From NCBI GenBank assembly GCA_034530875.2, contig JAVRCJ020000021.1, positions 32,001-96,000 of the forward strand: a stretch of 64,000 nt of DNA. The letters are read 5' to 3'. Source of the DNA: Nostoc sp. DedSLP01 (lineage in GTDB: Bacteria; Cyanobacteriota; Cyanobacteriia; Cyanobacteriales; Nostocaceae). Positions within the stretch are counted from its first letter, which is position 1. Every line of letters starts with the position of its first letter. The notes under the pieces are model-generated. The model worked only from the letters and a program-made list of their open reading frames with translations. It had not been told where the DNA came from and made no database searches. Shown here one piece after another: positions 54,296 to 63,839 of this stretch. The position numbers and the translations under genes were made by a program.

Positions 54296-54688
54296 TTATG
54301 TCGTCTTTGTAGCGCCGGGTTTTGCATCTGCGTTTGATTTTAACCGCGTGATGAGAGCTTTACGAACGCGATCGCTTTTCCTTACCGCACCTGCTAGTTC
54401 GTATTCCCGGCTATCTTTGCCATACTTTGACGCTACACCACTAACTAAGCGTTCTGAAGTCTCGCGCATGTTCTTTTCCAGGGCTTCTATTTTCCCCTTT
54501 GCCGAATCGAGGGTGTTTAGTAACTGATTATATTGCTTGAGTTCGTTACGTAGTTCCGCAGTTAACTCGTTCAAATACTGCAAACTGACAGAATCACCAA
54601 AATCGAGGCTAGGATCGATTGATTGCAACCCGATTGTCTGCTGTTCTATTTTTTCGAGTACGGAAGAAGTTTTTTTGGGGCGTGGCAT
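54296..54688 (-). CDS. Small coiled-coil hypothetical protein with basic termini (130 aa)
   Basis: MPRPKKTSS...IDPSLDFG...KYGKDSREYELAGAVRKSDR; AAGGT SD before ATG 54688. Confidence 0.82.
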   Translation of the reverse strand: MPRPKKTSSVLEKIEQQTIGLQSIDPSLDFGDSVSLQYLNELTAELRNELKQYNQLLNTLDSAKGKIEALEKNMRETSERLVSGVASKYGKDSREYELAGAVRKSDRVRKALITRLKSNADAKPGATKTT

Positions 54689-54832
54689 CAATACATACCT
54701 TTTGCTTAACTTTATTCTTCTAGCGTCTCTCAAAAATATAAGTAGTTGGTTCAGTGAAAATAGCCAAAATCAAGCATTTTTTCCCAAAAAAATTTAATGA
54801 ATAGTTCAGTAATTGCCGTAAAATAATTTACT

Positions 54833-55053
54833 TTGTTAACCAAAGTGCTTGGTTTGTTAAACAAAGTGTTTGTCTTGTTAACGAAAGTGCTTGGTTTATT
54901 AAACAAAGTGCTTGCCTTGTTAACCAAAGTGCTTAGTTTATTAAACAAAGTGTTTGTCTTGTTAACGAAAGTGCTTGGTTTGTTAAACAAAGTGCTTGCC
55001 TTGTTAATCAAAGTGCTTAGTTTATTAACCAAAGTGCTTGCCTTGTTAAACAG
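54833..55053. repeat. Tandem array of 10.5 x 21-bp units, consensus TT(G/A)TTAA(A/C)CAAAGTGCTTG(G/C)(T/C)
   Basis: Units counted directly; no spacers; ends at a HIP1 site (55053-55060). Confidence 0.95.
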
Positions 55054-55146
55054 CGATCGCACATATTATCTGTTAGCTTAAAATTACGGCATTGCTTTTA
55101 TTACACCGTTTTTCATCTATTTGAACCACTTGAACCACAATTTTCG

Positions 55147-55358
55147 GTAGGGGCTTTACAGCGTTCAAACTCTTGCCCCACAATCGTTTTACCCCACCCC
55201 CAACCCCTCCCCTTGGCAAGGGGAGGGGCGATTTTGGCTTTAGACAAAATCGGGGTGGGGTAACGCGGATTTTGATGGTAAGTGAGATAGCTGAATATCA
55301 CATCTTTACAAGGGTTTCGCGTTAAGTTGACACCAATGCACAGCTGTAAAGCCCCTAC
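55147..55358. mobile_element. Truncated MITE nested in a REP-like hairpin
   Basis: GTAGGGGCTTTACAGC ... GCTGTAAAGCCCCTAC arms enclose a relative of the 47727-47920 element that retains only the right TIR. Confidence 0.7.
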
Positions 55359-55489
55359 AACGTGGTCTACTCAACTGAAAACTGCTGTAGGGACACAAAA
55401 CCAGTTTTTCTCTTGCCCTCTGCCTCCCTCGCGAAGCGAGATAAACTCCAGTAAATGGGTTGCTAAAAAATTTTTTTGGCTTTGTTGTG

Positions 55490-55528
55490 ATTTGAGTGCA
55501 TAAACCTCAAAAGTGAAACGTGTAACTC
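55490..55528 (+). promoter_or_regulatory. Conserved 39-bp promoter-like motif, copy 1
   Basis: ATTTGAGTGCATAAACCTCAAAAGTGAAACGTGTAACTC; 36/39 identical to 58005-58043. Confidence 0.7.
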
Positions 55529-55591
55529 AGCAAGAAGTTCAAAGGCTAACACCAGACTTCATTACACACACAACACGAGGTTTATAGGAAT

Positions 55592-57709
55592 ATGGGAATT
55601 TATACTGGCGACAACGGCAATAATATCTTTCTGGGAACTAATGGTGAATCTTGGACACTCAACGGACAAGATGGCAATGACAATCTAACTGGTGCAGATC
55701 GAGACGACCTAATTACTGGTGGAGCTGGTAACGACAATTTGCTTGGTGCTGCTGGTAATGATTATCTTTATGGTAATGCTGGCTATGACTACTTGTATGG
55801 TAACGGCGGCGATGACAAGTTAATTGACGAAGATGGTTATGTAGATGGTGGTGCAGGCATTGATACGCTAGTAGCTAACTACGGTGCCTACGGAAGTCCC
55901 AGTCTTGGTGTAATCGTAGGATCTGATAGTATCACCAATATTTACCCAGGATTCTTAGGACTCAAGTTCACTAATATTGAAAAATTTCTCATCATAGGCT
56001 CACAATTGCTAGATACCCTGCGTGGTGGTGCTAATAGTGATAGCCTGTATGGTGAAGGTGGTAACGATCGAATTGAAGGTGGCGCTGGTCTTGATTATCT
56101 TTATGGTGGCGCTGGTGATGATACCGTAATTGATACAGATGGTTCTGTAGATGGTGGTGCAGGTATTGACACATTAATAGCCAACTACAGTGTGTTGAAT
56201 AATGGTGCTGGTGTAGAAATGAAACCAAGCGCTATTGTTAACCGGGCGAATAATAATCCACTACTCAATTATACTAATTTTGAGAAATTTAACGTTACAG
56301 GCACACAATACGCAGATATTCTGCGTGGTGGTGCTAGCAGTGATATCCTTAAAGGCGGTGCTGGTAAAGATCAAATTGAGGGTGGCGCTGGCTTTGATTA
56401 TCTTTATGGTGAGGCTGGGGATGATACCTTAATCGATACAGATGGTTCTGTAGATGGTGGTGCAGATGTTGACACACTAGTAGCCAACTACGCTGATTTG
56501 AATAGTGGTGCTGGCGTACACGTAGGATATTTGGGACAAAGTGCCATTTTCAGCCGGCAAACAGGATTATCACTACTCAATTACACTAGTATTGAACAAT
56601 TTAACATCACAGGTACACAATACGCAGATGTCTTAAGCGGCGGTGCTAAGGGTGATACCCTCAAAGGCGGTGCTGGTAACGATCAAATTGAGGGTGGCGC
56701 TGGCTATGATTATCTTTATGGTGAAGCTGGGGATGATACTATTATTGATTCAGATGGTCTTGGTTATGTAGATGGTGGTGCAGGTTTTGACACATTAATA
56801 GCTGACTACACTAATTTAAATAATGGTGCTGGTGTAGACGTGAGAGAAAATGGCATCTTTAGCCGCCTGAATAATAATCCACTACTTAGTTACACTGGTA
56901 TTGAAAAACTCGATATCACAGGCACACAATACGCAGACACTCTCCGTGGTGGTGCTGGCAATGATTTCCTCTACGGCGCTGCTGGCAACGATAGCCTCAA
57001 TGGCGGTGCTGGCAATGATATCCTCAAAGGCGGTACTGGCAATGATACCCTCAACGGCGGTAGTGGCTATGATGTTGTTAACTATGAAGGAAATTATACA
57101 GACTATGCAATCTCTTTTCTGAGCAATGGCGATTTACAAGTAATTGATAAGGTCACTACTAATGGTAACGAAGGTATCGATATTCTCAGTGGTGTAGAAT
57201 TCATTACTGCACAAGACGGAAATTTTGCAGTCCTTACAGGTGGTACAGGCAATGATGTGCTAACGGTGGTAGCACCAAACTATTGGGCTTTCCTCTTCGG
57301 TGGTGACGGAGCCGATAGCCTAACTGGTGGAACTGGCTACGATAACCTCACTGGCGGCAATGGTAATGATACTTTAGTAGGTGGCAATGGTAATGATACT
57401 CTAGTAGGCGGTGCTGGCAACGATATTCTTAATGGTGGTGCTGGCAATGATATTCTTACTGGCGGTTTAGGTGCAGATAAATTTGTGTTTAACTCGAAGG
57501 TAGAAGGCTTAGACATCATCAAAGACTTTAGTATGGTTGAAGGTGACAAGATTCAGATTTCTAAAGCTGGTTTTGGTGGTATCGCTGACTTCAAGAATTT
57601 CAGCTACAACGATGCTACTGGTGCTTTGTTGTTCCAAGGAACTCAATTCGCCACCATTGAGAATAAGCCTGCTAATTTTGCAATCAGTACAGATATTCAG
57701 CTTGTTTAA
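55592..57709 (+). CDS. RTX/haemolysin-type calcium-binding repeat protein
   Basis: Many GGxGxD nonapeptides; about four longer internal repeats; no N-terminal signal peptide. Confidence 0.9.
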   Translation: MGIYTGDNGNNIFLGTNGESWTLNGQDGNDNLTGADRDDLITGGAGNDNLLGAAGNDYLYGNAGYDYLYGNGGDDKLIDEDGYVDGGAGIDTLVANYGAYGSPSLGVIVGSDSITNIYPGFLGLKFTNIEKFLIIGSQLLDTLRGGANSDSLYGEGGNDRIEGGAGLDYLYGGAGDDTVIDTDGSVDGGAGIDTLIANYSVLNNGAGVEMKPSAIVNRANNNPLLNYTNFEKFNVTGTQYADILRGGASSDILKGGAGKDQIEGGAGFDYLYGEAGDDTLIDTDGSVDGGADVDTLVANYADLNSGAGVHVGYLGQSAIFSRQTGLSLLNYTSIEQFNITGTQYADVLSGGAKGDTLKGGAGNDQIEGGAGYDYLYGEAGDDTIIDSDGLGYVDGGAGFDTLIADYTNLNNGAGVDVRENGIFSRLNNNPLLSYTGIEKLDITGTQYADTLRGGAGNDFLYGAAGNDSLNGGAGNDILKGGTGNDTLNGGSGYDVVNYEGNYTDYAISFLSNGDLQVIDKVTTNGNEGIDILSGVEFITAQDGNFAVLTGGTGNDVLTVVAPNYWAFLFGGDGADSLTGGTGYDNLTGGNGNDTLVGGNGNDTLVGGAGNDILNGGAGNDILTGGLGADKFVFNSKVEGLDIIKDFSMVEGDKIQISKAGFGGIADFKNFSYNDATGALLFQGTQFATIENKPANFAISTDIQLV

Positions 57710-57752
57710 AATTCTCTACAGATTAGTCTAAAAATTTAATCATATCAATTAT

Positions 57753-57783
57753 CAGCCCTTACTTTGGTGAAGGGCTGGTTTTT
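57753..57783 (+). terminator. Rho-independent terminator
   Basis: CAGCCCTT-loop-AAGGGCTG followed by a T tract. Confidence 0.65.
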
Positions 57784-58004
57784 ACATTTAGGGAAAAGAA
57801 GCTGGCAGATAAGGAACACAGAGGCAGGAAGCTTTTTTATCATCTCCCTATCCCCTTCTCCCTATTCCTAGTAGACATCTCCATAAATTAACTCTACGTT
57901 ACCCAAAACCCATGTAGAGACGTAGCAATGCTACGTCTCTACATTGATTTTCACTCCTATGTCTAATAGACATCTCCAAAAAAAAAATTTTTCGGTTCAT
58001 TGCT

Positions 58005-58043
58005 ATTTGAGTGCATAAAGTTCAAAAGTCAAACGTGTAACTC
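58005..58043 (+). promoter_or_regulatory. Conserved 39-bp promoter-like motif, copy 2
   Basis: ATTTGAGTGCATAAAGTTCAAAAGTCAAACGTGTAACTC. Confidence 0.7.
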
Positions 58044-58349
58044 TGTGGAGGGTAAAGTAAATAATCCCAACCAACAAACTGGAGGTTGGAGTCATCGAAA
58101 CTACTTTAAATACTCTCCACCAAAGTTGAAGCTAGGGAGTTATTATTTCTGCTCCATGCAGATGTGTATTGGTAGTAAATCATCAGCACTATGAACAATT
58201 TAACTACTAATTTTGCCTAGCTCAACAGCAAGTCAGTTTATCAACAATTATACCGTTAACTACTCAACACAGAAACCTAAAACATGACTACTAATTACAC
58301 TTCTAAGTCTGCTTTTTCATCTCAACAATCTACTCGTAAGGAAAAATTT

Positions 58350-58988
58350 ATGTCCCGCAAACCATTAAGTTTAATTGCAACACTGATTGGTGTTAGCGTA
58401 CCAGTATTTTCATTAAATTTTGCTCAACCTGCAATGGCACAAGATTACACTAATTGCAGAAAAGTTGATGGCGTAAATGTATGTGCCCAAAAAACATTTG
58501 CTGGTTACGAACTTTATGCCAGTAATCCTTCTCAACCAAGCCAAAATCCCAACGCTTTAGGTCAATACCAATTGTTTTGGGATGGAGTGCAAGTTGGTAT
58601 GGAACCGAGTTGGACACTGCAACAAGCGATCGCTAATTTAGAATTTAATAAGAAAAGCTATCCTAACAAGAAAGTTGAAGGCTTATTTAACGGTCAAAAA
58701 GTCGGCTACGAATTACTCTGGGATGGCGTGCGAGTAGGGTTTGAACCCGGTTGGACATTGCAACAAGCGATCGCTAATTTAGAATTTAATAAGAAAAGCT
58801 ATCCCAACAAGAAAGTTGAAGGCTTATTTAACGGTCAAAAAGTCGGCTACGAATTACTCTGGGATGGCGTGCGAGTAGGGTTTGAGCCAGGTTGGACACT
58901 GCAACAAGCGATCGCTAATTTAGAATTTAATAAGCAAAGCTATCCCAATAAGAAAGTTGAAGGCTTATTCAACGGTAAACAACTGTAA
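58350..58988 (+). CDS. Secreted protein with three 47-aa tandem repeats
   Basis: Signal peptide MSRK...PAMA-QD with an AAGGA SD (alternative ATG 58284); 141-bp repeats. Confidence 0.85.
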   Translation: MSRKPLSLIATLIGVSVPVFSLNFAQPAMAQDYTNCRKVDGVNVCAQKTFAGYELYASNPSQPSQNPNALGQYQLFWDGVQVGMEPSWTLQQAIANLEFNKKSYPNKKVEGLFNGQKVGYELLWDGVRVGFEPGWTLQQAIANLEFNKKSYPNKKVEGLFNGQKVGYELLWDGVRVGFEPGWTLQQAIANLEFNKQSYPNKKVEGLFNGKQL

Positions 58989-59011
58989 TCAAAATTGATG
59001 CGATAATCAAT

Positions 59012-59047
59012 AAAAAACAGCCCTAGTAAAATTACTAGGGCTGTTTT
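59012..59047. terminator. Bidirectional terminator-like hairpin
   Basis: AAAACAGCCCTAGTAA-AA-TTACTAGGGCTGTTTT between convergent genes. Confidence 0.75.
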
Positions 59048-59296
59048 AATGTACTGAAAAAATTGCCTTATATAGCAAGTAACTATGGACTGGAGAGAAA
59101 ATAAATGTAGCGACTGTCTTGAAAGTCAAGACAGTCGCTACACCTGCTAATGATAAGTACTCAACTGGACATCATATAAAACTCATATTTGAATTCTGAA
59201 AAAAATCAGTACACCCAAACAAGACTTCTTTCCTACTCCCCACTCCCTACTCCCTGTCTACGCAAGTAAATTCACAAATCAAACCAGATTCCTATA

Positions 59297-60079
59297 TTAT
59301 TTAGCAACACAACAAGATGCGATCGCATCTGTACCAACCTGAACTAAATTAACTTGTTTGAGTAGCTCAATCCAAGCTGATGCAATTTTTGGATCTTTGT
59401 CTTTGGTATTTTGTAAACTTTCTCCTAAACTTGTTAAAGCATCAAACCAAACACCATGTTGTGCAAAAAAACTTGCTTTTGCTAATGGTGTTTTAGCTGC
59501 TGCAAGTTGTTGTTGCCATGATGGGCTGATAGCTACTTGTGTCATTGAACCTTGCACGTAAACAGCAGATGACGCCTTATCAGGATCGCAATAAATCGAA
59601 AAAGTCCAACGATAAGATTTACCAGCAATTAAGGGTTTTGTAGGTTGTACGGGTATGCTAAAAATTCCCGATCGCGTTTCTGGTGGATTAAATTTTGTAT
59701 GATAAACGTAATTATCTGCTTCGTCTTGAATTACAAATTCTATAGGGAGTTTGGGTGTTAATTTATCAGGGACAAAAAACCAAAATGTCGGGGTTTGAGA
59801 TGCCGATTGTCCCCATACTAAATCTTTATTTCCTGTCTTAGTTATAGGTACTAAAGCTGTCAGCGTTTCATACTGCTTACAGGAACCACGACTACCTCCA
59901 CCTCTACGCCTACCTGTGGGTTCTCCTGGCTTTTCCTGCGCTCTTGGTGCAATATATGTGATTTTGCCTGTAGGTGTTAGGGTTTGAGCCTGTACATACC
60001 AATTTCCAGATGGGTTAAAAATACTCAAGGTAAGCGCAGATATCAGGGTGGTAGTATGAAACCAAAGTACCTTTTTCAT
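59297..60079 (-). CDS. DUF928 family exported protein
   Basis: Signal peptide; GRRRGGGSRG, LTALVP, PTFWFFVP, YRWTF..YC, GVWFDAL, C-terminal CC. Confidence 0.88.
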   Translation of the reverse strand: MKKVLWFHTTTLISALTLSIFNPSGNWYVQAQTLTPTGKITYIAPRAQEKPGEPTGRRRGGGSRGSCKQYETLTALVPITKTGNKDLVWGQSASQTPTFWFFVPDKLTPKLPIEFVIQDEADNYVYHTKFNPPETRSGIFSIPVQPTKPLIAGKSYRWTFSIYCDPDKASSAVYVQGSMTQVAISPSWQQQLAAAKTPLAKASFFAQHGVWFDALTSLGESLQNTKDKDPKIASAWIELLKQVNLVQVGTDAIASCCVAK

Positions 60080-60170
60080 AATAGAAATTAATTAGCGATC
60101 GCCAAAGTAACTTATTAGGATTTTTAATTTTTGAGGATTAACACCTAATTTATTACTACACTTCACTTGC

Positions 60171-62510
60171 CTATAATTTCTGGAATTTTTTGCTGATAAA
60201 GATAAATATAGTACTACTCAGTAGCAAAGAAATCATTGGTGGTACTAAGGGTATCCAGCCGCCTTGAGTTAATAGAATTAAGCAAAATCCAAATAACGTA
60301 ACTGATGCTGCGATTACAGAAATACTGATGTAAGCTATTTTGCGAAGATACCAAGCTAGTAGGCTACCTGTCAAAGACCATACCCAAACCCAGCAAATAT
60401 CAGCCCATTGCCTCCAAACCCATAACATGGGTCTTTGGTCTAAAGCAGCACTGAGTATTTCACTGACCATTTGTGCCTGAATTATTACGCCTGGAATGAT
60501 ATCTGAAGGGTTTTTTCCATCTGGTGTATACCAGTAATCGCTACTACTGTTACTGGTGACGCCAATCAGAATAATCCGGTTTTTCAGGGCATTTGGATTA
60601 ACTTGTCCGTTCAAGACTTGGCTGAGGGTGACTTGGGGTGCGATCGCTTGCACGGAGGGCGAAAAACGGTAATTTAGTAAAATCTGACTACCTTGGGCAT
60701 CTATGGACTGATAACCGCCAGCCCGATTTTGTAACTGTGGGAAAGTTTTATTTCCCAGTTGCAAATCCCAATTTTCGGTAAATTTGGCTGTAATTCCCTG
60801 TTTTTTCAAGTAGAGAAATGCTAGCTGCACGCTAAAGGCAGAAGCAGCAGTACAAGTTGACGAAATTGGGTTGGGAGTCATCGCCAACAAATGACGGCGC
60901 AGTACGCTATCGTTGTCTTCCACAAAATCGCTAAAACCTAACCGTGTTTCTGGTATTTCCGGCGGGGGTGCAATGCCTGTGGGGTCGTATTTGGGATCGG
61001 CACGTTTACAAATTGCAAAAAAGCGATCGCTTTTTTGCATCCGCTTGGCTAGTTCTGGGTAGTTGGCGCTGACTGGAAAATCTCGGTATATATCTAAACC
61101 TATAGCTGCTGGCTGGTATTGTTCCAGTTTAGTTAGTAAGAGATTGAAATACTTGTCGGATAACGAACCTTGCCGCGGTTCTTGTCCTTGCGCTTGAATA
61201 TCCTGGTCGGTGACAGTTATTACCAAAAGCCGCGAGTCCGGTTGTTCTTTTGGTCGCAGTTGCATTAATTGGTCGAATGCATCTAATTCTAGGGCTTGCA
61301 GCCCACCGAATAACCGTATGAATACGACAATTAAACTCACGCTGAAGCTATTAAAAAAAACTAGCGGTAACTGCCTCAAATTCGGACGCGGCAGATATAA
61401 ACCCAACCTCTGACCGCAGATATCCTGCCAAGTGGGGGAAATTTCTGCTGGGTTTTGGCAAATCACAGGTAGCCAAGTAGCGCAGGGAAAATCATGTTCT
61501 AGAGATTGTAATCTTTCTCTGGCTTCCCTAACGGCTGCATATAAAGTTTTACCCTGGGAAAAAAGTGCCAAAAAGTGCTTCAAAAATTCCTGTGCTACCC
61601 CGTCTGGTACGGGTTCGCGCATGACAATTACCTGGGGTAAATGCAAATCGGCTAAATCTTGCGCTAATCCCAAACCATCGCAAGAGTTAAAAATTGCTAA
61701 TTGCAAACCTTGAGCGATCGCCTTTTGTAAACCATACTTTAATTGGTCAATAGTTAAACTTTCCCCAGAATTGAGCATCATTCGCCCTTTGCCTTGGCTG
61801 GAACTATGCCCCGCAAAAAAAAGAATGTCCCAGCCTGACTTCCATAATTGTTCTGTGAGTTGGGAACGGTTGGGTTCGACTAAAAACTTGAGTTCCGTAT
61901 GAGGTAATTGTCGCAGTAAATTTTGGTCTTTTTCGATATCGATACCGTGGCGATCGCCTAAAATTGCTAAAATCCTGACTTTACCTTTACTCTTTTGAGG
62001 ATTTGTCTTCACAGAACGCGTATATTCTGGCGGACTCAGGGCAATTTCAGCTTGTGGATAATCGCTAAAAAAATGCCACAGACACCAAGGAAGCTTTAAA
62101 ACCTGCTCAGATTCAGCAGTAATTATGCAGCGGATTTCTTCTTTTGGTGAAAGTTGAGTGCGTAGTTTGCGGTCAATATTGAGAAACAGCGAACTATTTA
62201 GCCATGTATTTAGACTGTCTTGTAATTCTTGGCAGAGGTTGTCAAACTCTGCTTGGGAAATATGCGTAACATCTTCTTCATCAATTTCAAAGTCTGCAAT
62301 ATTGCCACTGCGCCAACCCAAACTAGCATACAAAGCTGTATACATTTGTTGCCAACGTTGATAAAGATACTCCAATTGTGGTGCAGCAGGCAATCCACCT
62401 GTAAACTGCATGGGAGTAGGAGTATCCGTTTGCCAAAGTTGAGCTGTGACCGTGGGAAAGCCTTGGCGTAAGTTTCCTTTTCCTAAGTTAAGGACGATTT
62501 GTTTACTCAT
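60171..62510 (-). CDS. CHAT protease domain, TM, CHASE2 sensor domain, 3 TM
   Basis: FFAGHS and IFNSCDG dyad; ELDAFDQLMQLRP, IGLDIYRD, PGVIIQAQMVS CHASE2 motifs. Confidence 0.9.
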   Translation of the reverse strand: MSKQIVLNLGKGNLRQGFPTVTAQLWQTDTPTPMQFTGGLPAAPQLEYLYQRWQQMYTALYASLGWRSGNIADFEIDEEDVTHISQAEFDNLCQELQDSLNTWLNSSLFLNIDRKLRTQLSPKEEIRCIITAESEQVLKLPWCLWHFFSDYPQAEIALSPPEYTRSVKTNPQKSKGKVRILAILGDRHGIDIEKDQNLLRQLPHTELKFLVEPNRSQLTEQLWKSGWDILFFAGHSSSQGKGRMMLNSGESLTIDQLKYGLQKAIAQGLQLAIFNSCDGLGLAQDLADLHLPQVIVMREPVPDGVAQEFLKHFLALFSQGKTLYAAVREARERLQSLEHDFPCATWLPVICQNPAEISPTWQDICGQRLGLYLPRPNLRQLPLVFFNSFSVSLIVVFIRLFGGLQALELDAFDQLMQLRPKEQPDSRLLVITVTDQDIQAQGQEPRQGSLSDKYFNLLLTKLEQYQPAAIGLDIYRDFPVSANYPELAKRMQKSDRFFAICKRADPKYDPTGIAPPPEIPETRLGFSDFVEDNDSVLRRHLLAMTPNPISSTCTAASAFSVQLAFLYLKKQGITAKFTENWDLQLGNKTFPQLQNRAGGYQSIDAQGSQILLNYRFSPSVQAIAPQVTLSQVLNGQVNPNALKNRIILIGVTSNSSSDYWYTPDGKNPSDIIPGVIIQAQMVSEILSAALDQRPMLWVWRQWADICWVWVWSLTGSLLAWYLRKIAYISISVIAASVTLFGFCLILLTQGGWIPLVPPMISLLLSSTIFIFISKKFQKL

Positions 62511-62691
62511 AATTTATGTCACGCAGAGACGCTCCAGACGCAGAGAGTAAGAGTTGAGGAGAGTTTATTTTTGAGTTTCTGAGCAACGTCAAAACTCTTT
62601 ATCCTCTTTGCGCCTCTCTCTTGAAAAGTTCAGATCGCCGGAAGCCGGCGCTCCGACTTTTCGCTGCGTCTCTGCGTGAAACAATACCCAT

Positions 62692-63837
62692 TTAACTTTC
62701 AAACTCCTCCATAAAATTGAAATCATCTAAAACAACCTGAAGACTAAACCGTGTATTTTGAGGACATTTAAATCGTTTGAGTTGAATTGAATTATCTGTT
62801 TCCCTTGCTTGCACTGACTGCACAATTTCTCCGGAAGCAGAAATCAATGCCAAACTAATATTTCTAGGGAGATAGAAATTGCGTTCTTTAGGATACAGTT
62901 GAGCGCGGATTCCTACTCTACCATCTATTTCTGCCGTCAATGTCAACATTAACACTACAGCTTGATTGTTATTTGGTAACTCAATTTCCCTAACTCGTTG
63001 GATTGACTGCTCAGCTGTATCGTTAACCTGACGGAAGCTAAAGGCAAAATCTGGTTGCGTACCCAAGTAACTTTCTATTGTTTGCCAGCTATCTGCAACT
63101 ATATTTTGCAACCACTGACGCAAGTTAACAAGTGCTGGCTTCTGTGTAGTAAATCTTTGCGGCCAGTCTTCCCTATTTAATAAGGCTCCCCAAATTTCAA
63201 AAGGCAATTCCAAGCGAGGATTAGTAATTGTTGGACTTGTTAATCTTTGCCAGAGATTTTCTACTTGAGTAGCTGATAAAACAGGTAAAGGAGCCAGAGC
63301 TGTTTGTGTTTGTTCTTCAGGATATAGTTGACGTACTACCCAAAGCACATTTAAATCCTCAATCATTTGAGTAGCATCTAATGAGTAAGTCCGTTCTTGG
63401 TAATCGTAGCTACCTTGATTTTTTAATTGTTCGTGGGTAGTATAGCCCCAAATTCTCATCCACTCACCATCGGGATTAACTTGTACTGCTAAATAATAAT
63501 CTCCTACCCATCGAGGAATATCTATCCATTCTTGGGGTACAGAAAATTCTCTAGTTTCTAAACTTTTATCTGGAATTAAAATTAAACGTTTTGTATCGAT
63601 ATTTATAGCAGTGCCGTTGACCAATTCCCAACTGATTGGCAATGTGTCAATAGTAGCTTCTGGTACGTATTCTGCTTGCAACCAAGGCAAAAAAGTACTG
63701 AGGCATACTTGATTGAGAAAAACATTCCAACGGCTACGGGGACTAACGCTAGACTGGCTTTGCTGCCAAGATTGATTTTGAACTTCAGGAGATACCTCCA
63801 ACCACAGCTGAGTCGGGGGAACACAAAATGATGACAT
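62692..63837 (-). CDS. DUF1822 family protein
   Basis: WELVNGTAI, VPQEWIDIP.W.GDYYLAVQV, IWGYTTH, VNLRQWL. Confidence 0.88.
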   Translation of the reverse strand: MSSFCVPPTQLWLEVSPEVQNQSWQQSQSSVSPRSRWNVFLNQVCLSTFLPWLQAEYVPEATIDTLPISWELVNGTAINIDTKRLILIPDKSLETREFSVPQEWIDIPRWVGDYYLAVQVNPDGEWMRIWGYTTHEQLKNQGSYDYQERTYSLDATQMIEDLNVLWVVRQLYPEEQTQTALAPLPVLSATQVENLWQRLTSPTITNPRLELPFEIWGALLNREDWPQRFTTQKPALVNLRQWLQNIVADSWQTIESYLGTQPDFAFSFRQVNDTAEQSIQRVREIELPNNNQAVVLMLTLTAEIDGRVGIRAQLYPKERNFYLPRNISLALISASGEIVQSVQARETDNSIQLKRFKCPQNTRFSLQVVLDDFNFMEEFES

Positions 63838-63839
63838 AA

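Noticed and set aside
54833..55053. CRISPR array
   Set aside because: Units are contiguous 21-mers with no unique spacers, and no cas genes are present.
58566..58988. Diversity-generating retroelement TR/VR pair
   Set aside because: The repeats are tandem and in frame, differences are not adenine-specific, and no reverse transcriptase is present.
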